Below, in pieces: positions 24,480 through 38,400 of a stretch of DNA of 64,000 nt. The number at the start of each line of letters is the position of its first letter. Within the stretch, counting starts at the first letter, position 1. Source of the DNA: Spirogloea muscicola (Eukaryota); contig WELB01000024.1 in the NCBI GenBank assembly GCA_009602725.1, positions 942,821-1,006,820 of the forward strand. The letters run 5' to 3'. Below the pieces are notes generated by a model. The model was not told the origin of the DNA. It saw nothing but the letters and a program-made list of their open reading frames with translations, and ran no database searches. A program made the position numbers and the translations under genes.

Positions 24480-24924
24480 TATATCTTTGCCTGGCTAACC
24501 GGCGACCATTTGTTTGGTGGCTGGCCACAACGAGTATTGGCAATGCCTGGCTGCAGTGGGGTTAAGTTTGAACATGGTGGTTCTTATCTTTGCTAGATGC
24601 CATGCGGCAGATTGTGCACTACTTGCACCATGCAAACCCGCTCAAGCAGGACTTAGAAGCCTGACTCTGAGCCGAGGTCTCATGGCCCATGGTTTGCACT
24701 TGCCCGTGGTGCACTGCATTTCAGACCGTTTCGTGCATTTGTGGGGACGGGAGGTGGCACCGCAGAGCCGAGGCCCAGGCATGTAGAGGAGCGGCTTGCT
24801 TGCTTGGCCTGCGGCCTGATGACTGCAGCTCGACGTGCAGGCAGGCGGTGTGGGAACAGGCGAGAGGCTGCGGAGGAAGGGGTTCAGAGCCGCCACCTGC
24901 AAGTGCGTGCCTTCCCAACAGAGT

Positions 24925-25070
24925 GAGAACATCCAGAAGGGGCGACGGCCGTGAGAAGCCAGCACGGAGAGGACTAGACACGGCCCAAAGAGGCCGAGAA
25001 GCGCCACAGAGCGCGGTGGCTGAAGTGTAGCCGGCATGAAAGACCGAACGTTGCTTCAGGGGAGCCACGA
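24925..25070 (-). mobile_element. Degenerate CRE-like 3'UTR relic upstream of MED9
   Basis: Minus strand CGCTCTGTGGCGCTTCTCGGCC (cf. 6628-6650) and GCTGGCTTCTCACGGCCGTCGCCCCTTCTG (cf. 52787-52820, 53038-53070). Confidence 0.5.
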
Positions 25071-25216
25071 ATCAAACACTGAACCCTAAAATCGTCAGAT
25101 GTCCTCCACCGATAGTGGCAGAGCCAGGGCCGCCAGCGCCGGGGCAGATACGACAGCTTCGGCAGCTCCACTCAGGTGGCGGCCCCCCCCCCACCGCCTT
25201 TCCACAGCGGCCGGCG

Positions 25217-26212
25217 ATGGCGGCGGCGGCGGCTGCCGAGGCGGCGCCCGTGGAGGACGTGCTGCTCGACGGCGGCTTCGCCGCGCACTTCTCGCTGCTG
25301 CCTGTGAGCGCTGCCGGACGCTGGAGAGCGGCGGCGGCGGCAGCGGCGGCGGCGGCGGCCGTGCCCGCTGACGCTTCTGAGCCGCCTCTGAGACGGCCGA
25401 GGAAAGAGATGCTGGCGGCTCACCGGGGCAGCTTGCGGCTGTGCAGCTCGCGGAGGCCCTGGCGGACGCCCTGGCCGACGGCACCAGCGACGAGCGCGTC
25501 CAAGACCTGGTGGGCCGCCTCCCACAGCCCGGTCCGCTCGTGCTCACCTCGCTCGGGCCCGGCCTGCAGCTCGCCACTACGACGAGGGGCCGGGGCCGCA
25601 CCCTTTTGATTCCAGCGCCTGCTATCGCGGGCTGCGCAAGCAGCCGTTGCACTGTGGGCAGCTCCTGAAACTCCACTGCTGGTGGCAGCGCAGGTTGGCG
25701 AGCTGGAGGCCCAGTTCGCGCGCTGCCAGCAGCTCCTCCAGAGCCTCGCTGCCGCCGGTACCCCTGCCGGCCGCCTGGTGGGGACCCCAACTGCGCTGCT
25801 CGTCAAGGGCTGTGCGCCAGCCCGCTGCACGCTGCCCTCGTCAAGCCTCCTCGACTCCTCTGCCCATAGTGATGTTGACCCTGCATTGTGGAGGCGCTCC
25901 TGCTCGCAGAATCTGAAGGAGCAGCGTCGCAAGCTTGAGGGACTCAAGAGGCGCCTTGAAGCCAGGAGGTTGGTAACACACCTTTGCTTAGCAAAATGAC
26001 ATCATGGCTGATTTGAGCATCATCCGTTTGGCTGAACCAAGGCCAGTGGCTTGCATGACAGAGCACGTAAGTTTTCCACAGCTAAACTGTGCAATGTTGC
26101 ACATCCTTGAGAAAGAGTAGTCCTCTAGGAAGCTCAGCCATGGCCGGTGGGTCCTCACAGGAACCTTATAGTGGAGCATGGGGCAGAGATCAGCAAGGCA
26201 ATGCTCCTATGA
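25217..26212 (+). CDS. MED9: Mediator complex subunit 9, ~5 exons
   Basis: FAAHFSLLP|LAEALADALADGTSDERVQDL|VGELEAQFARCQQLLQSL..|NLKEQRRKLEGLKRRLEARR|NLIVEHGAEISKAMLL* resembles plant MED9 (ASNFHLLHLVENLADVIENGTRDQ..LVNELNSHFDKCQQLLNSI). Confidence 0.75.
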
Positions 26213-26477
26213 TACACCCTGTGAAGTGGTGGCATTGGAGCTCTAGCATGAGCTAGCTCGACAGGGCCCTCTGTCTTGGTCTAATCAACTAGGGGTGGCA
26301 GGTGGGAATCTTCAGAAACTTCTGTTCTGAAAGATGCCTCATACCAGGTGCTAGACATGGAGAATTTTGATCTGCCAGCATCTGCTCAGAGCTTGCAGAG
26401 AGTCATCATATGCACAGCCCTACAAGCATGCTTGCTGTTGCTCTTGCTAAAATCAAAGCTTCAAAAACTGGCAGTGG

Positions 26478-29400
26478 TCACTTCTGCTTGCCCAAGTACC
26501 TATTTGCCAAGCTCTTGTAGCTGACTTTCTTCTTCTCTGTGCCCTGTGGAGTAGCAGCTGAGCTTCCAGAGTCAAGGGCGGTACCTCCAAGGCTTGGGGG
26601 AGAGGACAAGACTTCAGAGTCTGCCTTCTGACATTGTGTGGGATGAGCAGCTGCAATGGAGAGGGGCACCTTGCTGACCTTGCCATCAGATTCAGAGGGC
26701 TTGTGATCCCCTTCCTCACTTGTTTGACTTTTGCCGTAGCCCTGGGGCGGCCTGCCATGGCCTAGAAAGTCAGACAGCATGGAGTTGGTTGCTGTGTTGT
26801 GCCTTTCTACAGCCCTGGTGCGGTGGTCTTGACCTATTACCAGATCCTCGGATGTGCGCTCTTGTACATCTGGCATATATCTAGTGTGGCTTGTTTCCTG
26901 TCCCCCCTTGTCCTGAGGTTCATCTATTGGTCGCCCACCATCCTCACCTTGCTCCCATGCTTTTGACCTGGTCGCATCAAGACCCACGTTTACGTGCGAA
27001 ACACTATCACTCTCCCTTGGCCGAGGTTCTGGCTGCTTGCGCAAAGTAATCTTCTCTTTGAGTCGTTCCGTCTCATCAGACCTCCCCTGGTCCATGACTT
27101 GTAATCTGCGTCTCTTCTTTGGCTTCTTATCAGGCACATTCACTTCGGCTTGTTGCCCTTTCCTTGATCGAGTGGTCAGCACTTCATCCTTATAAGTCTT
27201 GTCAATGGGTTGAGCTCGTCCTCGTCTTTTCATTGCCCTTCGCAACAGTCTGTCGCCTGGTCTCATCAATCTCCTCTCACCATCCACATTCACATCTGCA
27301 TCAGCATTTATGTCTGCATGTCCCCTGCCAGCATATAAACATTTTCTTGCATCAGCACTCTAGCCACAGTAGTCTACATTAGCGGATCAGATTAGCATGA
27401 GCACTCTTGGAATGGTGGCCAACAACCTGATGTTGTAATCAAGCTCCTTGAGTCTTTTGCCTGTGGCGACTGAATCCTCAATCCATGCTTGGTTCACAAG
27501 GTGTACGCTCTTTGACCTCAAGTATCCTTGATCTTCCCTCGAGACACTGCTTACATCATGAGAAGTGGGAAAAGCGGAACAAAGCTGATCATTGCATTGC
27601 CGCGAGCACCCAGCCAGAGCCATCACAGCCCAAGCAGGCCAGCATTCATGTGCAGCACCGTATAAGCTGAGGAGCCATGATCCTCACATGCAACTCACCA
27701 GGCACACAAATCTGCGAAGCTGTAGGACTTGTCATAGCTGCAAGCGATAATATGTGTCACCCCAGTATTCAAGCATGCAGCCAATTGACCGCAACACATG
27801 GTAATCTCCAACCCCAAGCGCCTTGCTGAGCACAAATCAGCAGCTTCGGCTGATAAGCCTTGAGGAGACCTGCAATGTCGCACCATGATCATCTTCCTCT
27901 GTGCATTGATTGCTGCCGGCATCCTTGGGACTTGAGGACAGTAACACCACAGGCACGAAAGCTGACTCATCTCATATGCACAAGCCTGGCCGCCCTAGAT
28001 AGTCATCACCTTATGCTATAAGCCTGGAGTAGGTAGATGTGGCAACCCTGAAAGAGGTACCACAAGCCGTCTGTACAACATTCACTTCTGCAGGCGTTGA
28101 CCTCAACACCGGAGACGTAACTTGTGTCCACTGCTTGTAGCAGCTGCATGACACCACTTAATCACACATGAGTGGCTGTCGAAGTCTCCTGGCTTGAAGC
28201 ACAGTAAACAAGTTAAGCTGCATGCGTTGCTCAAGGCCTGTCTTTATATGGTTGCCAGATGAAAAACCAGCCCAACAGCTAGGCAACTCAACAGTCCTTT
28301 ACACTTCACATGTAGATGTTACCTGCTGAAGATCAGCCTGCTCAAGTTTGTCTGTGTAGCTATCGCCACTAGCATCCATTGTATCCCTCAATTTGGCTTT
28401 TGTTGCATCAGACAGGTGCAGATAATACCTGTGTGTTATGCAACATGGACGGACAACCTTCAGGCAACAGCTGCAAACAATCAATTGAACTCGCCTTGAG
28501 CTGCATCTGAATATGCTGGACTGCTTTTCCACAAGCACTTGCACAGGTAGAGTTATGACCGTACTTGGACTTCAAGGGCAATAGCTTTTGCGCATGCAGA
28601 CAATCTATGATCCAGCTGAAGTGGATGACATCAGTGCACCCTGCAGCAGCCTGGTACTTGATCCCTAGCCATGCCAGCAACCATCAGCCATGTTAGCAGC
28701 GAGCTTGCTGCACAATAGTCGTCCACAAACATTCTATCGTGCCTATTATGATGACTTAGTCTGCATGATTGAGAGTTCCAATGGGCCTGGACATTCAGTC
28801 AAGGCCAGTGTAGACAAAGACCTCATTTCTCAGCTGCAATTGTGTGTGTCACGAGTGGGCTCAAGCTCATTGAGAAGGTCGCTCCATTCTCAGTGATAAG
28901 AATATGACTTTTCTCCCCGGATAGGTCATCAGAGAAGTTGGCAAAATCTAGAGGCCTGTGTCAAAGTCAAGCTCAATTGGATGTATGGTTCATTGCAAAT
29001 GAAATACACACTAAAAACGCCGCACATGCAGGCCAACGTGGGCTACAATATCACATCATTCCATCTCAGGTAGCAGGAAGCGGAAGCAATCAGACTTCTC
29101 TTTCAACTCTCGTAGTGCAGGATACAGAAAATCAATCCACCAAAGAGATCGGACTTGCGCTGTACTTTTGAAACGTCTGTAGTGGTCAGGTGCTGTGGAA
29201 GCAGTGGACGTATCGCACTGACTGCAGCGCCGCCTTTCTTCTGCCGCTTTGGTTGCCGAAGCTCCAGAGCCGAGTACCTCTTGCCATCCACTGTTTGGCC
29301 TCCTCGTCCAGTGACTATCTCATATAAAGCTGCAGCATTGAAGTAGTAATGGAGTGATTATGACTGATCATTTATGCTCCAAATCTGCAAGTGGAAGGCC

Positions 29401-32400
29401 TCCTGCTGATGAGCACTCTCAAGCAACAGTGCGTGTGGCATATAGTGGACAATAATGTCATGAGACGTATATGATGACTAACATATACATTATGCTCTTG
29501 CGTGTTCGACTTTCACAAAGCCGACGAGTATATGAACAGAGGCAATACAGAGGCAATACAGCATAGCCCATATAGCATAGCCAAGATCTGCGCTGCAATA
29601 AATGTTCTGCTAAAAACACAGGCTATGGTGGCTGTCGAGCTGCTCACCATCCTTGTCAAGGCAATCATACCAAGGCTTGTCATATCGAATCTTCTGCACT
29701 CGAGGGAAGCGCAAGCTGTACGGCGTTGCAAAGACCTGAGAAATGATCAGGCACCTCAGTGACCCTTTTTCCTCACTATTAAGCAATAATCTGAAACAGA
29801 GCGTCTATGCACCAGACAAAAGCAGGATAATCACCTCTGATCTGATGGTCCGAATGTCACTCTTTATCTGCAAGATCACAGACCTGCAATCTCACGATTA
29901 CAGACCAGTCATATGCTGTGCAATTTGCTTACTTCACACCTCTTACTGCAGAGTGCTTGAAAGTCTAGTAGTTTGTGCTGAAAGCATTCGGAAGTCTACT
30001 GGTTCTTTAGATTGCTCACTTCTCTGGCTGGTCAATCCAAAGGTCAGGCCTCTCCTTTGAGTGGTTGGTAACAGTATAGAAGCTTGGAGCTTTTGTACCT
30101 TTTGCATTGGGCCTAGCAAAGAAAGGATCAACATCTCCAGTGTCAACATGGACATATTGTGTGGTGCAGAACCAAAGCATTCTGACTTCAACAATAGATC
30201 CTTTCAAGAGGAGATAGATGATGACTTGTCCTGAATAAGTGTTCTCCGTGCGATGACTTGCAATGATAGAAGCCCGTTGAAGGCTGGCTGCAAGTGATTG
30301 CGGGAAGTAAACCTCCAGAAAGGCTCGAGCTTTTGACGGAGCTCCTCCAGCTCTTCATTAGAGAAGCCTGTCCCTACCCGGCAGAATGAAATGAACCTGC
30401 AAGCAAGTTCTTGCCTCTTTACTGGACTGCAGAGAGACCTGCACAGACTCCAGAGAGTATAGTAACATGGACATGTCCAGCTTTTGGCACAAAAGTACAG
30501 AAACAAGAACCTTGTTGGATTTCCTCCAGCTGGGTGTTTCTCGGTCAGACCAAGGAGGAAATTTGACACCTGCACAAGAGGAAAGTACTTGAGAAGTCTT
30601 TCATTCCTGCCGCTTTGCATCGGCATGCCACTGGTGCTCCTTTACAGAAACGAGGAGCACCCTCAGATCAGCGAGAAGCACTTGCAGTTGCTAAGGACTG
30701 TCCTTCTGAAGTAGCAGTCGCTGACTTTACCACCTCGTCCTCCTTTCCCGTAGTAAGCGCCTGCAAGCACCAGTTACAGAGTGGATCAGGCTTTATCTCC
30801 AAGGTGTTGTTCTTGGAGCTTAAGAGACAATGTGAAGCACAAGTATATCAGTGAGTGCCTATGGCCAGCAATTGCTTATTGGAAGAACGACACAGCATCT
30901 CCTTGCACCAAGTTTGTGCACCTATTATGAGGGCATCTAGGTCAGACTCAACATTGACATAGTCTGGCTTGATCTTCAGCCATTTGCCAGATCTGTCTCC
31001 TGGCTCCCACTTAGATTCCATGTCCTTCAAAAGAACTCCCTCATCTCTGCACACTGTCAACGTTTGTCAAAGCAGCAGAATCTACACTTGTGACTAGGGG
31101 TCAGCTATCCAAAGGACTCATACTTAGGGCCAACAATCAACTCGCACCTGTTATCAACTGTCTCCAAGAAGAAGTGCTCAACCTCAGCCTCACTGGTTGC
31201 TATGGTTGACCAGACAGGTTCGCCTGTGTAAGCAGTCCGAGATGTCAGGGAACTATGTGAAGACTGATGACGTGCGCACTGTGCAGTTTGCTGTAAACAA
31301 CACATGCTTGTTCGCATGATCAATCAAGCAAGAGTTTGTAAACTCATGCAGATGACATTGTCGAAATACAGAGCTCAGCTGTCACCGACCAGAACCCACT
31401 GTGAGCATGGATGCCAACTGTTGCTATGGCTGACATAGAAGAACTTGCAAATGAAGGACACACCAGGCTGACGTAGCTGATTGAGACCACTGCTGGGGGT
31501 GAGCACCTCCAGACGCCCCTTGATGGGCTTCACCGAAGCTTCAAGAAGCTGTTGTCTCTCATGAAGCGCCTGGTGAATGACACTCCCACCATCCACATAT
31601 AGAATATCGAAGGCCACATCTTGCAAAGGATCATGTCAAGGATACAGTTCCTTTCACTTCAATTGAATCAGTCGTTATATCCTAGTGAAGACAGAGCTGC
31701 TCAAGCATCTGTGATTGCATAAGCTGGAGGTCAGCATGGTGCTTCATCGTCAACAAACATGCAGCTGCCCAATTCTAAAGTGCACAAAAGGGATACAGCA
31801 GAGCTGCAGGAACAGCCACCACATGCACCTGCCAAGTGTATGAGTATAATCTTCTGAGGCAATCTGCCTACGCACAGCACATCTTCATACCATGACTACC
31901 CGTGCCTTGACACCGGCCCTCGTATCAGCTTCACATATTGTCTGACCAGAGTTGCTCTGCAAAGCTAACAAGGACATTGTAACAGCCAATCTTGACAGAG
32001 CTGATTGCTTTACAGACGACGAAGTGCACAGAGGTTACAAACACCTGCTGATGGTGTCCTTCAACACCGTCCCTTGCTGCCTTGGCTGGTGGAAGGAATA
32101 ATTCAAATCACATCGACGTTGTACATTAGTGGAGGAGAAGTTCACAATCTCAAATTGTAAACTATGACCGCTTGTAAAATTGAAAGCAACTCGAGGTGGA
32201 ACCTATAAAAGCAGTCAGTGGCAAAGGCATGCTCAAGACACCTGCTTCTTGGTTGGCTCCAAAGTCTGCAAAACGGTTTGTGCTTCGGTCAAAGACCAGC
32301 ATCTCTCCATCCAGAATGCACCTGCCCTTGAAGCACAAGTGCTGACTAGTAAGAAAGATGTACACATTTGCCAGTGCATACTACTGTGCTGGATCTACTT

Positions 32401-34501
32401 AAGTTGCAAAGTAAGAGATAATCGAGTTGCAGAAGACTTTGCGCAGAACGATCATGCAAATACTCACTTCTCCTGTGACACATTGCTGACGATCAGGTCA
32501 GTGATGGCTTCCTTGCACTCAGTGTGATCAATGAATGTCCTGCAGTATAGTACAAGGTCATATTCATACTTGCAGGCCGTAGTACTTTTTGCCTACGAGG
32601 CCAGAGGTAAAAGTGCTCCTACATGTGCACATGCAGGACAGCATGGTCTATGCATGCTAGCTTTGTTTCTCTTCGGACATCTTGTCCATCTCAGATACAT
32701 TCTCGTTGTCTGTATCATGTGATGCTGCGAGCTGACCTAGAGAAGAAGTACACCGTCTCCCCATCTTTGTGAATTTGAATGCGATCTCCATCGAACTTGC
32801 ACTCAACTATGACCGCCTTTCCTTTCATCTGCACGGCCTTGTCGTGTTGTAAGTGACTATGCTATATACTGTGATTTAATCTGGTGCAAGTATGATAGTA
32901 ATCATCATCCAGTCTAGATGAACTCTGTGTGATCGAGCATTCCTGAACCACTGTCTATTGAGTTGATCAACCTTTTTCCATGCAGCTTCGGACGTATCAA
33001 CACGAGCCGCCAGCTGAGGACGCACAGCCTTTCCTACTTCAATGTCCTGGTAAGCAGACGGTTCACTTCAAGAATTTAAGGGCATAACAGCTAGGCAGGC
33101 CCAACACCAATGACTACATATCCTGCCAAGAAGTTGCCACAAAAATCTCAGCAAGCACTACAACAGCACTGCAGAGCAACATACCTGGCGTTTATAACGA
33201 ACGCTGCGATCACTGAGCTTCTGGCAGACAAGCTTGAGGTCGCAGGTGACATTGAACAAGTCCTCAGCGTCAGGATGGAATGCACTGAATACAGTCTTCT
33301 CGCTTACACCCAGCTTCAGGTCTGCAGGAGCTTCATACAAAATTAGAATGATATCCACCTGGATGTATCACAAGATAATAGCTGCATACAAATGGCAGGA
33401 GCTTGCGGTCCTCCTCCATTACCTACTGAATGCAGAGTATTTAGATATGTCGACGACCTGACATCTTTGTGATTCAGAATCTGTTTAAGTGGTGGGAGTA
33501 AGTACCATTAACACCAACGTTCACAAGGATGAGGGAGCAGACACCACCTACCTTTAAGAATGATACAGATGAGCCACTTCATTTCTCGCACATTAGTCTT
33601 GCTGATAAGCTCTGTCAAAACGGCAATCTTCTCTTCCCTGCAACACAACTTGATACAAATAATTCATCGCACAGATGGACAGAAGCACCAATTGGCCTTC
33701 AGCTTCTGTGTGCGCCAAGCTTTGGTGCAATCACTTGTTGCCTTGCCAGCACACATCTAACTTGTGTACATTGGTTTTGGATACACAGGTCGACAGGCAG
33801 TAATCACCATGCATTCATTGGTCCTAATCACCTCAAATCTCCAGCTGCAAGCTTGTCAAGTGAGTCATTGACTTCTCGGATAGTAATGCCTGCTGAGACC
33901 TCCCTTTGTCTTCGTTGAAGTACCTGCAAATTAAATTCTAGACGGACTTTTGTGACAAGAATTCTTGAGAGCACCTTCAATCAAGTCGTCTTAGAGGGAC
34001 AGGAGTACAAGTCACAGCTATCCATGCGATAGACAAATTTGTTTGTGAGAACCGGAAGACCTCGAGTTGACGTGTCCTACATCATCTGTGACATCACCCA
34101 CTTCTATGCATTGACAATGGTCGCTATTCAGTCGATGTTCAAAAAATGCAGGAGCAACCTCTCACCTCTGCGGCGACCAGGGGGAATTTGTCAGTATGCG
34201 CGCCGACACGCTTCCCACCTGTCTTCCACTCTAAGAGCTTCTTGGCATCCTCGGACTCTTTGCCGAGGCCCAGGGCGTCCGTGAGATGCTTGGCCAGCAC
34301 CGCTTCCTTGAGGCCGTACGTGGCGCGCTCTCTGTCGAGCTCTGGGAGGATGAGCCGCATCGCGCTGAAGAACTCGTGGTCCGTATACACATGGTCCAGG
34401 AAAGTCGCCAGGTGCTTGCGCTTGATCAGCGGCTTCCGGTTCCTCACCACTGCGTCCATCATGTCGCAGAGCACGGAGAAGTGCACCGTGGTGTCGCTCA
34501 T
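26478..34501 (-). CDS. LIG4: DNA ligase IV (NHEJ), many exons, with C-terminal BRCT domains
   Basis: [19 protein letters not shown]; adenylation motif [13 protein letters not shown] (~32765-32805); [53 protein letters not shown]-type [11 protein letters not shown] and [12 protein letters not shown]. Confidence 0.96.
31620..31796 (-). other. U12-type (minor spliceosome) GT-AG intron in LIG4, after a 7-nt micro-exon (31797-31803)
   Basis: Donor GTATCCCTTTT, branch-site TCCTTGAC close to a non-pyrimidine-rich GCAAG acceptor. Splicing restores QQ|LC-Y|VAFDILY. Confidence 0.8.
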
Positions 34502-34859
34502 TCTGGCTACGGGCCCGTCGCCGCTACGTCCCCAGGGCTATAGCTGCATGCGAATAGCGGCAAGCCCACGGAGGCGGGGCCAGCATATTCATGCCTATCC
34601 TAGCCTTTCCTGCGGGTGTGTCTGGCGTGACCGCGCCCCATACCAAGCGGGCGCGGTGGCTGCCCGGCGGGCCCTGCCGGTTAGGCGGGTTGCCGCCATT
34701 GCTCGGGTGTCCGCCATTGCAGTGGACCAAGCACAAACGCATGTGCGCACCGTTGCTACCGTATGCGCTTGTCTATGTCCCTACAGCGGTCCCAGGCGAT
34801 TGCTTTGCATCGCCGGGCTGGTCGCGCCCTTGTAGCAGCGTCTGGTTTTGCGCAGCGGG

Positions 34860-35285
34860 GTTGCTCTTCCTCCCCTCAGCCCATCTGACTTCCTACTGCT
34901 GACTCGGGGGTATTGAGGGCGCCCTGTCTGCCTAGCCTTAGGCTCCGTCATGAACACCTGTATGCATCTGGCTGGCAGTTAACAGCCGATTTTTTATATC
35001 AGCAGCCGCTTTCGTTTGTTGCGACCAGGAGAAGGGGCTCGAACAGAAGGAACAAGCGCTTCTGTAGGGGGCTTCCGTGCCGCTTCTCCTGCTCCGAGTT
35101 ACTCTGATCTGCTGTTGCTCACACGTGGATACTGAGCAGCCATCTGCATCTCCCTCTGCACCATCTTGCACTTTGTATTGTAGTCCTTTTTCAGCACCTC
35201 TTTCTTTGGCTTTGAACATTGTCCATTCTTTTTGGGTTGGCTTTGCCAGCCCCTCTTCTCAATGGGCGAGCACCTTCTTCCGTAG
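34860..35285 (+). mobile_element. CRE-like 3'-end relics in the LIG4/BLTP3 divergent promoter
   Basis: SDFLLLTRGY* (34884-34916) plus a 3'UTR matching 6330-6470, and the hairpin module TTGTCCATTCTTTTTGGGTTGGCTTTGCCAGCCCC..ATGGGCGAGCAC (35219-35273). Confidence 0.8.
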
Positions 35286-35451
35286 GGGGAAGTGGCCAGC
35301 TCAAAGAATGAACATAGCGGGGCGAGCGGCGCCAGCACGGCGCAAAGCGCCGCGGCGCCGGGGCCGCCGCGCCACGCCGCTGCTCTCCGAGCCGCTCGCT
35401 GCCTAGCGGCGCGGCCGTGACGCTTGCCGCTGCCGTGCTCCAGCCGCCTCC

Positions 35452-38400
35452 ATGGAGTCCCTGCTGGCTGCCGCGCTCGACTCTAAGCTGCGCTACTACC
35501 TCAAGACTTACAGCCGTGACCAATTCCGACTGAATGGCCGCACTGTGCAACTTTCCAATCTTGGTAACGTCCCTTCTACATCGTGAAGGTCTAACGGCAG
35601 CTGGACAGCAGCTCAGAGGCCGCACAAACAGAATGTGGCTTGTCACATCCTATTATTAGTATTCATTCACACTCTCTATGCACTACAATGTTTTGCTCTG
35701 GTACTTACACAGCAGCTTATAAGCTGCAGTGCACCTTCGTCATCATCATTCATCACGCAAGATCCAATGTAGCGCAGCAGCTCAAGACTCTGATATGCAT
35801 GCCTTCAACAGAGTTGAATGGATTTGTGCTACATGCAATCCTTGGATTGCCGTCAACTGTGCACGTTGCGCAAGCCAAAGTTGAGAAGCTCGAGATCAAG
35901 GTAAGAAGCAACTTCCACTGTTCACTCTGTATGTTGTGTTGCTATCAGGGGCAGCCACAGCTCTGCGCAATATCAATGGCCCCATGGCGCTTGCGAGATT
36001 CCTTGCATCATTCAGACCTGTAGTGGTTGCTGGGCTCTTGTTAGTGCGCTTACTAAGTCCTTCAAAATCCGAGGTTTCCTGGCATGAGCAATGAACAAGA
36101 AAATACCATTACAGTAGGCATCAGCTGCCTGATATCTAAAGTGGAAGTACTACGCAATAAAAGCACTAGTATGACTACTTCTCAAGCTTACACGATTCTA
36201 AGAGCATGGTCAGAGCAATATTCAACATGAGCATGCCTGCTTGTCTTTTCGGACCGTCATACTTGAAGGACATGCTTCACAATGCGACTTATTTGTGACT
36301 AATGGCAGCTTCCTACATTCTCGAATATAAGCTCTGAGCCTACAGTCGTGTCCATCTCCACTCTGGACTTGGTGATATCGGAGACACTGAGCACAGACTT
36401 TGATGCAGCAGTTGCAAGGTGAGCAAGCATGTTGTCTTCAGTTGGCAAGCGCTCTATGGCTGCTGCAGCACAACCAAAATGAGCCTTCATATTACCCCCT
36501 CTCATTTCTAACCATATATTGGTCAAAATTTTGTAAGACAAAACGAGCAAACATAGTATGATGGTTGCTACCATGGTGCTGTTAGTATAGCTTGTTTGCA
36601 CTGCACGTACACTTGTCAGATCTTTTTGGGCTGGCTGTCACAGCCCTCGCCTCCTTCGGATGAAGAAGAACAACAGCCAGGCGCAGGGACATCAATGGCT
36701 GACCGCTGATCCTCTTCCTGTTTGACTGCGCAGTGAAGCAAGTGCAGCAAGCAAGAGCACAAGCTATGGCTTTGCTGATAAGGTAGGTCGAATGTGAAGT
36801 GAGCTTGGTTTTGGCGATCCTTGCATCTTCATTGCAATTGTGGACTCATCTTGAGATTTCTTTTGGACAGGCCCTTCAGACTCCTTTTGACAAGCTGCAT
36901 CAGATTAGCAGAGTGGTGCTCGGTGCAGATTGCTGATGGTATGACCGTGGAAGTAGGCACTCTGAACTTGACCGTGGAGACAAAAGGCAGCAGCGTTTCT
37001 GGAGGACAGGCAGCAGCTGCCTGGTACACCTGGTTGTCAGCATCACTGTGTAATAAGCCCAAGTCTCAGATGCAAATAGGCTTTCAGATGCAAATGGGCA
37101 AATAGACCCTCACATGAGGTAATGATGCACTAAGAAAGCAGTCTTGGAGGGGTCAGCCAAGCCATCTATCAGCAAGCTGATGCTTCACCTTCTGAATCTT
37201 GCAGGATACCACCCATGGCATCGATAACCCTCAAAGGGGTCACACTGATGACCACGAATGAATCATGGCAGGTCAGCCTTGAAAGGCAATGGAAATTTGG
37301 CCCGCTCCATCTCTTTTCAACATTCATGCCGCATAGAATGGATTGGAATTACAGGGTTTTATCGAAGAGCTGCACAGAAGGATTCCAGAAGAAGTCATTC
37401 TCTTATGTAGACTGGGCCGTCGTTGACGAGCTGCTAACCTCTGGCTTGCTCTTCTTGACGTGGAGAAGGTTGTTAATCTGAATGACACAAGGCAATTTTT
37501 CAAGGACAGGAAATGCATCTATATCTTCCGAGTGAGTGTTCATTTGCTGGACTGATCAAAGCACTGTATGGTGCAACAGGTTGTATATGGCAATACGCAG
37601 TTTGTCAAGGGCATATGCAAATCTCCTCGCCTTCAATTACAAAGGCTGACACCTATCTTTTCCATCAATGTTATGCTTGTGTCATGGATGAAGCAGAAGC
37701 TGGAGTGGTCCTGCCTCTCAATTGACCTCCTTCCCCACCCAGACATGTTTCTTGATGACAAGCTGGTTAGTCCACAAGTGGCTGGCTCAGGAAGTCGAGG
37801 GGCTGATGGAGCAAAACGCGCGTTCTTTGGGGGCGAGCGCTTTCTTGACAACATTACTGGTGTTGTGCATGTGAGAGGCTCATAATCCGATGCTCTGATG
37901 AAAAGCTAATGACGCACTGCTCATGCTTAGCCACCACCCATCCGTTCTCTTAAGTACCATACATCACGTAATGGATTACACATGACATGCACAGAGCAGT
38001 GCTTGCCTATTGTCTAATATCTTGCTTACGAAATAGGTCACAATGCACCGCTCGGAGACTAACAACCCCATTGGGCTGGAGGTGGACATGGAGCTTTCAG
38101 ACGCCCTTTGTCCAGCTGTTAGTGAGCCAGGTGCTCATTGCCCTCTTGCAGCCAACTCCGCCTACACAAATTTATACTATCCGCCTGTGCACGCTGCTGT
38201 TAGTCCCTCAATTTGAGCAATGTGGTCAGCAAGATGCCATTAGGAAGTTTAAAGATCTACAGACCTGCCCCCAAGATATCAAGAGAACTTTTGTCTCCAC
38301 TTTTGCCAAGTCTTCCATCAACGCAAGTATGTACAGCAGCGTCTGACATGCTGATTGGGTGGGCAATGTTGTTCTTTGATGGCAGGATTGCGTGCACTGA

